A stretch of DNA of 63,413 nucleotides, counting the filler, from Saprolegnia diclina VS20 (Eukaryota): NCBI RefSeq assembly GCF_000281045.1. It is 7 parts of 3 records of this genome, joined end to end, with 100 filler letters (N's around TTAATTAATTAA, not from the genome) between each part and the next. Parts side by side here need not be neighbours in the genome. Positions count along the whole stretch, not along the records: positions 38,207 to 43,670 come from NW_008246172.1; positions 43,771 to 46,159 come from NW_008246172.1; positions 46,260 to 53,290 come from NW_008246172.1; 4 more parts are not named here. One strand, 5' to 3'. Every line of letters starts with the position of its first letter. Within the stretch, counting starts at the first letter, position 1. Made by a program: the position numbers and the translations under genes. The notes below the pieces were generated by a model that was given only the letters and a program-made list of their open reading frames with translations, was not told the origin of the DNA and ran no database searches. Shown here one piece after another: positions 39,606 through 51,591 of this stretch.

Positions 39606-42341
39606 TCTGCGTTTTTCCAGCCGTTCCGCAAGCGAAACCAACCGACGAGTGGCCGCGTCCTCCGAGGCGCGGCCGTCGGTCATCCAGGCCGCGGCAGAAG
39701 GAGGCCTCGTCAGTCGACGCCTTCGCCTGCTGCGAGCCGCGCCATCAGACCAAGCGACGCTGAGCGATGAGGAACTCATCGCCACGCTGTACAAGACGAC
39801 ATATCCAAGGAAGACGACGACGTGCTCCAGCCAGACAACAACAAAAGCAACGGTCAGGGGGACCACAACCAACATCAGATCCAATACAGAACCAACATGA
39901 GCACCGAACACAGAGCACAAAGCAAAGAGCACAGAGCACAGAGCACAAATCAGCCAGCCGCCGCCGCCACCGCCACCGCCAACGCCACCGCCAACGCCAT
40001 CAGCCATCAACCTTCAGCAGCAAGATCCATATCATCCGACCCCGAATCCCATCAAACAAAGAAAACATATCCAACGCGCCACGCCGCCAAAACGAAAACA
40101 AATGCATCCAGTCAACCGCCCAGCTCCACGCCTCCAGAACGAAAAACAAGTCAACAAGCCCAGCGCCAAAACGAAAACACTTTCATGTACGACGACCGAC
40201 CAAGACGCCAAAACAAAACAACTCGACCAGTGTCGGCACCACGAGCATTCAACCTTCATCAACATCAGACCACCCGACATTTCGCGTCGGTCGCCAAGCC
40301 AACGACTTCCATCAGCCCGCGTGTTCTAGTGAGCCATCCGTGTACCTTCGGGTGCTGCACTCCAGGTCGGCCCACGGTCGCATCCAAGTGGAACTCCGCA
40401 ACACGGGTCTGGTTCACGACCGCGGACGCTGCTGGTCGATCAAGTAGCTTGACGATGGACCACATAGAAAAAGAAAAACCCATAGTGGTAATCCCGGTAA
40501 TACACCGCCTGACAAGAAAGAAGCAAGATGAAAACGGCATATGCTGGAAATTCGTGCCAATTGGAAATTAGGTTGGAGGCCGGACGACCCTAGAAATAGG
40601 ACCCTTAATCCGTAAAATTCGAAAGACTCATTTCAACAGTGTGGAATGATCGTTCCGTTTCCAAGAAGTGGAAGAGGTTTTCCGCGCAAGGCCGAGCGTT
40701 CTGGAAGACCAAGATATGGAAGCACGCACACGTTACAAGATCCAGGCGCAGAGCAAGCGGCTCGAGCCATCCACGAATTTGTAGTATCAGTCAAAAGCTA
40801 ACCCGCCTCGCCCACCTCTGGCATGGCGGACACCAACACGGTTGTTGCCCCCAAGTAGCTCGGTCTTGATTGAGGAAGTGACAACTTCAAATACCGAGTT
40901 ATAGTTGGTGTGAAATTGGTGATGATTCGTGATAAACTAAGAAACACGCCTCAGAGCACAATTTCCCCATACAAACATCAAGTATACTCACGTAGGTGTG
41001 ACGATACGACCTAGTGACCATCGTGTTTTTATTTAGATTGAGATTCAGTGGTCATCGAGATTGCGCCGTTTTTATTTCAGCTGTTTCAAAGCGATATCCG
41101 GCCGTGTCCGGTTCCAAAATCCGGATTTCCGGTTACTGTCCGTACTCTAAACCCCGGAGAAAACCCGGTCTCTTTTAAGGCAAAGCCCGGAGCAAAACCC
41201 CGGAGCAAAACCCAAAGAAGCAAATCCGGTTCACCAGCGAGGAGAGGCGTACAGTGTAGATGTCAAGCCACCGTTTTGGTGGTTGTCAGAGGTCGTGATA
41301 ATATTTTGCGAAGGCATAGTAACAATAGTATTGCTCCTTCTCGATTAATTAAATATTGATGCACTATTTCGATTGGCCACAGCTGCGTGATTGCCGTCCA
41401 CGCATTGATCAGCCATTGCGATTGGGCAGAAAAGGGTGTCTTTTCGGCCAATAATTGAGTCGTCTTGCAAGGCCCGTGTGCGCGCAGCACCGGCGCCGTG
41501 AGCGTGCTGGTACTGCCTGTACTACTACGACCAGATGCGCTGCAGTCTGCACGAAGCTCAGTGACGATAGTATTTTAGTAGCAGACGAAGACCAAGTGCA
41601 TCTAGACGTTTCGGAATTGATACTTCTTATTTATACTGGTAGTGTCGATCAAACTAGCAGCACAGCGATGATCTGTCGGCCCTCATGACCTGTTGGCTTT
41701 TATATTGGCAAGCCCATTTAGCTCCTTTATGCATGAATAGCACTGCTTTTGGAAATGCACAGGAAATGGAGGCTAACCTGGTGAATGAAAGCATGAGCCG
41801 AGTCGCACCGAAAAATATACCTCCGAGCACACTGCCATCTCGTCTGAATACAGGACAGATCGAGTTTCCGGGCTGATACGAATCCAAAGCGCACACAAAA
41901 TAGCCACCATAATATCTCTAATGTTCCATTATTTAATTCTAGCAAGGCCAGGCTGCGCTTGGAATACTGGTCCGTCACGTAGCTCCAAGGGGTCCCACCC
42001 CATCCACAGGTGTTGCTTAACTTTACCCTCAGCAATGCCCGCCACTCAGGCAGGAAGCACCACGCATTTATTCGCGATTATTAGCGAAGCAATTCTCGTG
42101 ATAATTGTAGCGTAGCGGAGGTAGCTTCCGCAAAGTGCTCTTTAATTTGACGACATCGTAGATGTGGCGGGCATGTACGCATGGCGTACGGCAGATATTT
42201 ATTCGAATTTATCTTGCATTCATTGTTGCCATCGGTACACACGAGTGTAGCATGAAATATTTTGCCACCGACGAGACACCTCGGTTGGGTTAACACGCAT
42301 AAACAGCCTCGAAGTTTTCGCACGACGGATTTAGCAAAAAA

Positions 42342-42482
42342 GGTCGCTTAGGGGACTTGAACCGGCAACCTCCACCTTTGCACACATGCAACGGTAAATT
42401 GGTAAAAATTGGCGAGATTCGGGGAATTGAACCGGCAGTCTATTCCGCGCAGGCCCGATCATTTCCGCTGGACAAATCGTCG
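42342..42482 (-). pseudogene. Two tandem degenerate tRNA-like units
   Basis: Minus strand: TGTCCAGCGG...GCCGGTTCAATTCCCC...TTTTT, then GCCGGTTCAAGTCCCC...TTTTTT. T-loop/B-box and T-runs are present but the stems pair poorly. Confidence 0.35.
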
Positions 42483-43239
42483 TATTCCAAAGAGGAGCCC
42501 AAATCAAAATACAATATACTTTTCTGCTGCGCTAAACTCTCGTACTGGTGCGACTAGCAACGAATACCACGAGCATGTTAACGTTTCGAAGCAGTTATAT
42601 GCGGTAGAATTTGTGAATGAGCCCAGATGAATTAATTGGGCTCCGAAAGGGTAGTTTAATACGGAGGATGTCCGGCAATGGTATTCATCGCATCCGCTCC
42701 TACTCTCCTACCTCTTGATTCGATGCCTGCTAGGCTGATCGGAATCGAAAGGAGTTCGTCTGCTTGGTAGATGTGTAGGACTATATGGTGGAGGTGCATG
42801 GCTGCGTAATGAGGCGCGCAGGGCAAGCACACGGCGCAGACTGTCTACGACCAGAAGCGATCGTATTCGCCGACGCGCCTTCTCTAGCGCCTTAGCGCAG
42901 CACGCGTGATGGCGCCAATGAGTCCCATGCACACGCTGCGAGCGGCTCTCGCTAGCCTCCCCTTCCCTGCATTATGTCCGCCGTTCTGCGTGTTGTCAGT
43001 TCTCGCGGTTTCCATCGTCGCCCCAAGAGTGCATGCTTACAGCATTTGATTCGACAACCTAACACCATTAATTTCAATAAGAAAATAGTGTTCATTTATA
43101 GAGTCCAATCTCAAAATTCAAGTCACGGTATACAAATCCTCTCGCTGCCCACTGGCATACAATCTAAATATATTCCTGATGATCACTATGTTATACTGTC
43201 ACACCTGCCTGAGTATACTCTATGTTTTTACAGATCGAT

Positions 43240-43670
43240 ACGACCACGTCCCTTCTCGATGCCCGGTCTGCGGTGCACCCGAGACGTACGAGCACTTACT
43301 GCTACGCTGCGAATTTGTCAATGCAGTCTGGGCCGTCTTTCGGCCTCTCGTCGACACGCTCTAATTCGAAAGTCCACCCCCACCCACCAAAAAACAGAGT
43401 TCAGAGTAAATTATATCTAAATAGACTCACTTCAGCAACAACTAAAGCGGTGCTATGCATCGTATATGCTCAACTACTTTAACACAGAGCGGGCGTTTGA
43501 CAAACATCTCGACCCACTGGCTCGACAGGGCCGACCAAGCATACCTCTTTTGCCCCGAGCACGAGACGTACCGCCACTTCCTCGTAGAATGGGACGTCAT
43601 CAAGGACGTGTGGAGCACCCTCCACGCGGTCACGGCCCCCTTGGGTGTAGTCTTGCCGACAACACTCTCG
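43240..43670 (+). mobile_element. Two LINE (L1-like) zf-RVT C-terminal fragments
   Basis: CPVCGAPETYEHLLLRCEFVNAVW and the decayed YLFCPEHETYRHFLVEWDVIKDVW match CxxC..ET.xHL...C.....W. Confidence 0.65.
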
Positions 43671-43770
43671 NNNNNNNNNNNNNNNNNNNNNNNNNNNNNN
43701 NNNNNNNNNNNNNNTTAATTAATTAANNNNNNNNNNNNNNNNNNNNNNNNNNNNNNNNNNNNNNNNNNNN

Positions 43771-43942
43771 TCTTGCTTCTTCCTTGTGTTCCTTGTGGCA
43801 CTTTGCCGAGCGTGGCCTTATTATGGTGACCGTCTTCAGTGACATTCGTGTCCGGATGGGGGGGGGACATCCGGATAGATAAATCGGCGCGTCGGCGACC
43901 TCGGGAGGCAGAAGCAGGAATCATACCGCTCGGCTCAAGCGT
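43771..43942 (-). mobile_element. tRNA-derived SINE-like repeat, copy 2 (B box deleted, cut by contig end)
   Basis: Reverse complement matches 38229-38253 joined to 39445-39605, lacking the 12 nt GTTCGAAACCCG. Confidence 0.65.
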
Positions 43943-44994
43943 CCCCCCTCCCAGGTGGAACAGTGTTGCGTGTCTATGTCACGGAGAATTTGCCAATATG
44001 GTACGTGGTACGTGGGGGTCGATGATTGGTCTCAGAAACCTCGAACAGCGTTGATTGGCCATCTGGCCCCATCGATCTGATCCCACACGCCCGCTATGAT
44101 CAAGACAGTGGGATCTCACCCATCTCACCCGTGTAGCAAGCTATCTGGCCACAACGTCGCTGATCGTCTCAAATCACTTGGCTACATTATGTGATAGTTG
44201 TTTCAAGTCAAAAACCGGACAAAATTCGCCAAGCAGGGTCGCCTGTGATCAAGACAGTGGGGCATGCAAAAAGAGCCGGTGGACAGGGCTCGCTGCGCTC
44301 GCAATGATTAGTGAATGCTCGCTTCGCTCGCAATAATGTAGTTAGTCAGTCATAGCGGTTGTGGAGGAACCCGCGAGACGACATCACTTCAGGTGGTCGG
44401 CCATGGGAGAATCTTCCCATACCAGCTTGCTAACACTAATAGTAGGGTGAGCCCTGTGACCCTGCGGCCACCTTTTTTCTCGTTCGTTGGTGAGCCCAGT
44501 CATGGGTCAATAATAGAGAGGGTGTATCACGACCCGTATTTAATTTAAAAATCACGGATGACCCCCAGCGAAGTCCAATACAAACGCCTGAGGAAGCGCA
44601 AGCGCCGAATACCTCATCCGGATAATAATTATTTTATGCATTCTCATTAAAATGGACTCGGCGCCGCGGATCGCTGCATGGGTCTACGCACGTATAGCAC
44701 TCGGAACATAGCTTTTTACGGCGCACAAAGATAGCTTAGGCATGAACAAGCGTATATTGTATCGATAAGGCTTCTAAACGCATGAAATGAGTTCCTACAT
44801 GCTACGTAATTCAGCAAATAGCGCCAAGGTAACCTGGCCTGGGATACACAAACAAAAATATGTGGGTGACCGAGAGTCCGTCCCAAAACGAGACTCTGCA
44901 CGAACATCTAACACATAGTCGTGGATGTGTGTGCAAAGTTTCGTTCCCAACAGAGCTCCCACACACCCCCATTTACGTTGCCAAAGACAACAAA

Positions 44995-46159
44995 TAATGT
45001 TCCCCAAGCGCGCCAAGAACCTGACGACATGGACGCGCAACTGCGGCACGTACACTGTGTACAACCAGATCGACTACATCCTGTGCCCGCGCGCCATGGT
45101 CGAGTCGTGTCTCGACGCGCACAGCTGGGGTGGCCTCCAGATGTCCTCGGACCACAAGCTCGTGACGGCCGACTTCAAGCTATTCCAGGCGCTCGGCCAG
45201 CAGGTCCACGCGACGACGTCCACGTGCACAAGGTACAAGAAGCTCGCCGTCGCCAAGCTCCAGGACGACGCCACTATGGCATCGTTCCGTGACGCCGTGG
45301 AGACCGCGACGTTGTCGCCGTACGCCGCCGATAGAAAGCCGCCCGACATGGCCTGGCGCGAGCTCCTCGACGCTGTGGTAACTGCCGCCGGCACGGTGCT
45401 AGGACACGTTGAGATCCAGCGCCGCTACAGGTACGACGACGACATCTTGGCGTCCCTGGCCCGTGACCAGAAAGCGCTGCGCCTCCGCATCGACAACATG
45501 CCGGCCGCCGACCCCATCGCTACACGAGATCTCCGCACTGAACGGAACCTCGTCATGCACAGGATCCGCATGCGCTGCCGCGACCTTGCCAACGCCGAAG
45601 CCGATGCTCACGTCCGCGATATCGAGGCCCTGAGCCCCACCTCGCAGATGTTCGCAGCCGTCAAAGCCACGATCCGACGCTCCACGCCCAAGTTCCGCCT
45701 CAAGGACCAGCACGGCCACGTCATTATGGACACGAAGGAGACCGCCAAGCACGTGACCGCCCACTTCCAGGCCCAGTTCGCCAGCTCGACAAACGCCACC
45801 GTGCAGCCCGACGACACAGCAGAACCGCTCGACCAGCTCATCACACCCGAAGAACTTCACGCCGCCATCAAGACGCTCCACAACAACCGTGCCTGCGGCC
45901 CCGACAACATGCCGGCCGAAATCCTCAAGGCCGTTGCCGACCTCGTCGCCATGCCGCTCGCCCAACTGCTCAACGAAGGTCTCACCACAGGACGGCCCAT
46001 CCAGCTCGGCGAAGGGACGCTGATCTGCCTGCCCAAGCCCAACAAGCCGCAAGGCGTGTGCTCGAGCCTCCGCCCGATCGTGCTGCTCAACTGCATCCGC
46101 AAGGCCGTCTCTGTGATGGTGCTCAAGCGGATCCAGAAGAAACTCGATGCGCAGATTGG
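44995..46159 (+). mobile_element. Non-LTR retrotransposon (RTE-like) ORF fragment: APE endonuclease end to start of RT
   Basis: TW...NQIDYIL and SDHKLV (endonuclease), then RACGPDNMPAEILK and LPKPNK...RPIVLLN (RT N-terminal motifs). Frame stays open to the contig end. Confidence 0.88.
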
Positions 46160-46700
46160 NNNNNNNNNNNNNNNNNNNNNNNNNNNNNNNNNNNNNNNNN
46201 NNNTTAATTAATTAANNNNNNNNNNNNNNNNNNNNNNNNNNNNNNNNNNNNNNNNNNNNCTCATATAACGTCACCGACATGGTACGCAATGCGATCGTGA
46301 CCCATATGTATTTTCGGGGAACGTGTTCCGCGTTATCTTCGTTACCACACAAAGACTTCGCACAAGTAGCGCTACGCCTATTTGCGTGAGAGTTGGCACC
46401 GGCACAGGGTCGTTGGGAGTGAGCTGCGTACGGTGAAATCCATCCCGTGGTGGACCCCACATGCCGAGTCATAACTCGCGCGACGTCGTACGCAGGCTCT
46501 TGTACTCGGACAAACCGACAGAGGAGGGCAAGCAGTCGGGTTGTTCCAATGAAACAGTCCAAGACTGCATCCGAATAAATCCGAGCACGTTCAACCGACC
46601 GAGCACATATAAACGAAGCTGTTGTATGGTTTTGGTGCCTGGACAAAAGCCACAAGAGTCGCGCCCGAAACGTGACAGCTGCTACTACTGTGGCCTATAA

Positions 46701-47049
46701 GTGCGGGTTTGTCTCGCATTTGCGATGACTATTAATATGTCCCAAGGTCAGATGGTCCCTCGCGTTGGTGCTTACCTTCCGGTACCCGTTTTCGCACACG
46801 GGCAGCTCTACGTTGCAATGTCACGCGTACAGGCACGCGCCAACATCCGAATCTTGGCTCTCAACTCGAAATCCTATGTCGACGGCCGTATGTACACCAA
46901 AAACATCGTTTACGACGAGGTTCTTGACGAGACTGACCACACAAGGATAAACACTACGTCTTCATGAATATTTGCCTACTACCATATCATCCACTAACTC
47001 CTAAACGCTAGTGAGTGGCCGTAGGGCCACTGGGCCCCCCCATTCGTAG
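46701..47049 (+). mobile_element. Helitron 3' end (PIF1-like helicase C-terminus plus terminal hairpin)
   Basis: LAFAMTINMSQGQ, VFAHGQLYVAMSRV and TKNIVYDEVL, then hairpin AGTGGCC-GTAG-GGCCACT (47014-47031) and a CGTAG end. The upstream helicase is absent. Confidence 0.8.
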
Positions 47050-50000
47050 GGGTAACCAGCGATCTGATTGGCGGCTGTGGCTTCTGATTGGTAAACCTTT
47101 AGCTGCTGGCAGCCGCCGGCGCACCTTGTCGAGCACCTTGCATCTCACAACGAATATGTAATACAATATGCTGGGGGCGATCGTTGCTATAGCCTATTTT
47201 CGATTTGATTGACATGGATGTTGCGCGCGTCCGCCTCGATCCCAACCGCACTAATTTGCCGCAGTAGTAGCAGCGATCACGTCGGCGCGACTCTTGTGGC
47301 TACTGTGCCAGGCACAACAGCTACTGCAAAGCTCACCAATGACGCTGCCGAAGCTGGTTCAAGGATAGACGACTACGACTGCGATGCGCCCTACGAATAA
47401 GTCGATGTCCTCAACGAGCCTTGTGGCTTTATTCACTCAGATCTTAGGGTGCACCTCCGCATGTAGCGCAGTTGGTAACCGCACGACGACGCGGTCCAAC
47501 GACCACGTATGCTCCTAATGCGCTTCTCAAGTTATCACGATGCTTCTTACATGCAAGTCTTTGTCTCACGTCAATCCTAGCTGTACACCCGAAGTTATGG
47601 ACAAGTTTCTGGCAGCATGCGTCGCATCATACGCAATGCAATCGATAGAAGCTTGTCAATCACCTCTTCGAGTGGTGGGGTCTTTCACATACTAACGTTG
47701 GTACCGTAAGGTCAATGTAAATAATGTGTCAAGTTGGTAACCTGCGAATCTTTCCGTTGTCGGAATCAGTAACCACGTATGTATGTTTAATTGACTGTTG
47801 CAGGTGCGCCTCGCACTTCAAGCTCCTCATTCGCCACGATGGTAGATATCTAATCGTTCATCGTCCGGAATTCGGGCGCCCCCATCTCGGACTAGCTTCG
47901 GGCCAGTGGCTTTAGAATCCTAGAATTTTTGCTACCTCGCCCGAAAGACTAGTGACGGCAACAGAGGGCCGGGAAATGACGGGCCTGCGTGGCAACAGCA
48001 CAGCAGGGCCAGAGTTATCTCATCTCTTCGACTGCCGCCGAGAAGTACGTGCCCTAAATCGTCTAGGAGCATTTGGTATCTAGCGTGCGGACAGCGGCGC
48101 CATCGGCGCAACTATCGCCGCTGCTAGCGACCGGCACGTACGCGGCACGGGACATATGACACAGGGCACACTGCATGCTTGACTGGTGTTTTGCAGACAG
48201 TCGAGAAGCCCAATGGTTCGCACAAACACCAAATAGCTCCACACCTCGCTCTCCTGCACCCACATCGCACCTCTTCCTCCTCTCCTACATGCCTTCTGCA
48301 CCCATCTTACGAAACTTCCCGACACTTAAGTGCCCACCAACCCAGCCTACTACCCAAAGCAAGTAAGAATCCAAACCTCTCAAGTCTGCGAAAAAAGATG
48401 CGGGAGTATGTTTATCCCTTTTGGAATTACGTCACTCAAACGCAGTCAATTGTTTAGGTATTTTCTTAGAGAGGTAAATGACAATAGAAAACTCGAGTGC
48501 AGACGTTGACCAGAAAATTGTTTACCGTAGTGACAATTGTAGACGCATCTTAGCGGTGTGCACGTGCAAATTACTGCAAATCACATCGATCCTTACGATA
48601 CTGTATTATAAATGCTTGTTTTTTGCCCAGAGCATGTGACAATTTGCTTTGTTGAGTTCCCCCAATGCAGCGCTTTGACAGGCTCATGCATACCGTGAGC
48701 CAGGTGAATCGGCACAACCTATTCACGCCAGTTGGTCAAGCAGGGCTCTATAGACAATAGTTAGTTAGTATACATTTACCTCCTATGCCGCATGCATTAT
48801 CGAACTCACGGAAATGATGTAGCATCGCTTGAAGGACCAGTTCCACAGCAAGTTACAGAATTAATGATTAACTATGTTCAGGCTCCGAACTGCTTTTGAT
48901 TGGGATACTTCCGATTCAGTTACCCAATATGCCTACCGACTTAGCGGACACATTATTGCGGCATAGTTTTTGCTATTTCCTAACGAGAGCTGCCCACGTG
49001 ACCTATTTCGCGCGCAAATAAGCTGTGCGGTAGTCTGTTCTAAACACGAAAGGTACATATTAAGCCGCACTCAAAATGTTGCATATTGGCGCATATTGCG
49101 TAAGGAATCTGGCCGCTCCTTCGAATGCACAGCTCGCTGTTTTGCATTGTAGCCGCCGTAATGCAATGCCGTAATATGTGCATCACATTCGATAATAAGG
49201 TAGCAATATTTATGATGCCGCGACTTGCTGTGGCAACGGTTTTCGTTCCACCACTTCCCGCATCTCTAGCTTAAAAGTCGTCAAAGCCTACGTGCTAGAA
49301 TGTGTCGTGTTGCATAACTTAGCTTCCGGTAAGCACGGACCAGCTAAACCGCTAGCTTCGTACATAATGGCCACCTCTTAGCCAGTCCCAAGTCCCCCGT
49401 AAAATTACCCAACCAATTTAATAGACATCTTAATCCGCCACAAAACTTTCTATTGACTTCAGTCTCGTGTACACAAATACACCAAAAAAACTTGCAACAA
49501 TCGTACTAAACAGAAATGACTTTGCATCGCAACACTACTATATTGGATCTTACTTATGTTGAACTAGTTGAACTAACGCTTTGTGCGAAACAAATGATTT
49601 GACCAACTTGTTGACAAGGTGACACTTGTTCAGCTTTGCCTTAATAATATTAAAATAAACACTTCTGATATGATATAGGGGCTAGCAATGGACAAAAACA
49701 GAGCGAAGGCAACGAGAGAGGAAGAGGTAACATTATCACGAAAGATGCTTGGGCAAAAAGCATGTCTCGAAACATGTTTTATGTAGCAGGCCCAGTTTGG
49801 ATCGCAAAATGAGTTTTAAGACGTGTTCTATGCCTTACTAATTTTTAGCTATTACTGCAAAGGCCAATTCAGAAACTACGAAAACGTTTTTTTCAACGCG
49901 TGCGCGTTTTGTAAACTTTTTTCACGTTATGTCTTCTAAATTGATATTATGCGGTGCCCAATGGGAAAGTAGGTACCCCTGTAAGTACCCATGTGACTAA

Positions 50001-50981
50001 CGCGTTGGCAACGTCAGGCATAGTCGGCACGAAAATGAGGGTTTTCGAGGGTTACCATCATACCCACCTAGTCTCTATTTATGTTCCTTGATGTCTGTCT
50101 GCCATGCCAGTTGTGGGCGGAACGCTTCCTAGAGAATACAATACGTGATTGTATCCGAAATATAAAGTTGACAAGGGTCCACTTCTTGATGGTGGTACGC
50201 TTCGTGTATACTTTGCTGCTACTTGTCGAGATTCTTAATAGCGGAGTCTGGCACGTCGCCAGGATATAAGGCCATAGCACCCAGGTTGAGCAAATACTGA
50301 TTCTCTGTATCAAATACGCCTTTGTAGTTTATTTCGCTTTCAAAATATTTATAAATAGTATGTAAAACTATGACGTGGCAAGCTGTCCACGCAAGCTGCA
50401 AAAAACATATTATATTTGGAGAGTAAATATACATTTTTTAGAGAGGCGGAGGACAAGGGTGCGCAAAGCGATGAAGTGCACGCCAAATGTACCCTACCAG
50501 CTAAATGGGGTCCAAAACTTTTGTATCCCAGGTATGAATACATGATGTTTTAGGGAAGAGACGTTTTGGATTGACTGTTTAGTCCAAGAGGAAGCGATGT
50601 AAAAGATCGGAATGCAATAAATCCAAAAACTAAGCAAGTTATGTGCGTTCAATGTTGGGGCTCTACAACACTACGAGGTATCGCGCGGGAGCCGAATTGC
50701 TACGAAACAGGACCATCGCTCGATTGTATTCTATCACTTAAATTGTTTTAATTTTATTGCGCCATTTTTTCTGTTTTAATCGAATTACTATCTGGCTTAT
50801 GCTGGTTTCAATATGCGAAGCATCTGGATAAGGCCTAGGGCGAAATTGTTACGAAAAAGGCGATTTGGTAGGCTAAAGATGGCGTGCACTGTAGAATCAC
50901 CAACCGCAACGTACCAGACTGCATATACCAACCCTACATGACCATGTAAAGGCGCCTTGCCTATTTTACCCAGCCTCCATA

Positions 50982-51591
50982 CAAGGATGCGGACCTAACC
51001 GTTATAAATCTATAACGTTATAGGTTAACTTGTTAATAACCCTGTTACGTTACTGACTCGAAATCCTATAACGCAACAGGCCATCGCAAGCGCGCAGCAT
51101 GCCCAGCCCGTACGTGCTCTCTGGAGCTCCCTCCGCATCATAAGCACATTTACACGGCAGTCCTAGACATGGAAACATATTTTAAAACGCCTAGAGCAAA
51201 GCCGGAAGCCTTGGTGGACTGCTCAGTAGGGTCCGCAGAAAGGAAGGCATCGTTCAGCAACCTTCTCCGAACACGATTTCTTGAACCAGAAAGGGCGTAT
51301 TGCGGGTACGGCGCGCGAGTCGTGCTGTTGCTTCTCGAAGAACTGCCAGTTATCGTACATGCCTTTGGTCATGACGCAGACACAACCAGTACTTGCTATT
51401 GGTATGAACGGCAGCGCGAGCGGGCTTGAGATGTGGCCAATCAAAGCGACGCTATTCGTCTCGGTCAATCAGACCCGCTCATGGACTAGCTTAGTCCCTG
51501 TGTTACCCAATTTGTACTAACTGGTACTAACATGGTTAGTAGCCGTTATAACGTTACGAAAAATATAAAAACCGTTATTCCGACATCCTTG
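50982..51591. mobile_element. Decayed non-autonomous hAT-like element
   Basis: Imperfect TIRs CAAGGATG(T)CGGA, dense TAACG/CGTTA subterminal repeats at both ends, and an internal minus-strand BED-finger-like relic (NWQFFEK). TSD is not clean. Confidence 0.55.

Noticed and set aside
41095..41235. CCGG/AAACCCGG-rich short repeats
   Set aside because: Looks like a transposon end, but no matching partner terminus was found.
44585..44612. CTGAGGA-AGCGCAAGCGC-CGAAT as a minimal hammerhead ribozyme
   Set aside because: The GAAA core reads GAAT, and no stem I/III or cleavage triplet could be paired.
47050..50980. AT-richer region with short ORFs
   Set aside because: No recognisable coding motif or structured repeat; treated as intergenic or decayed repeat.
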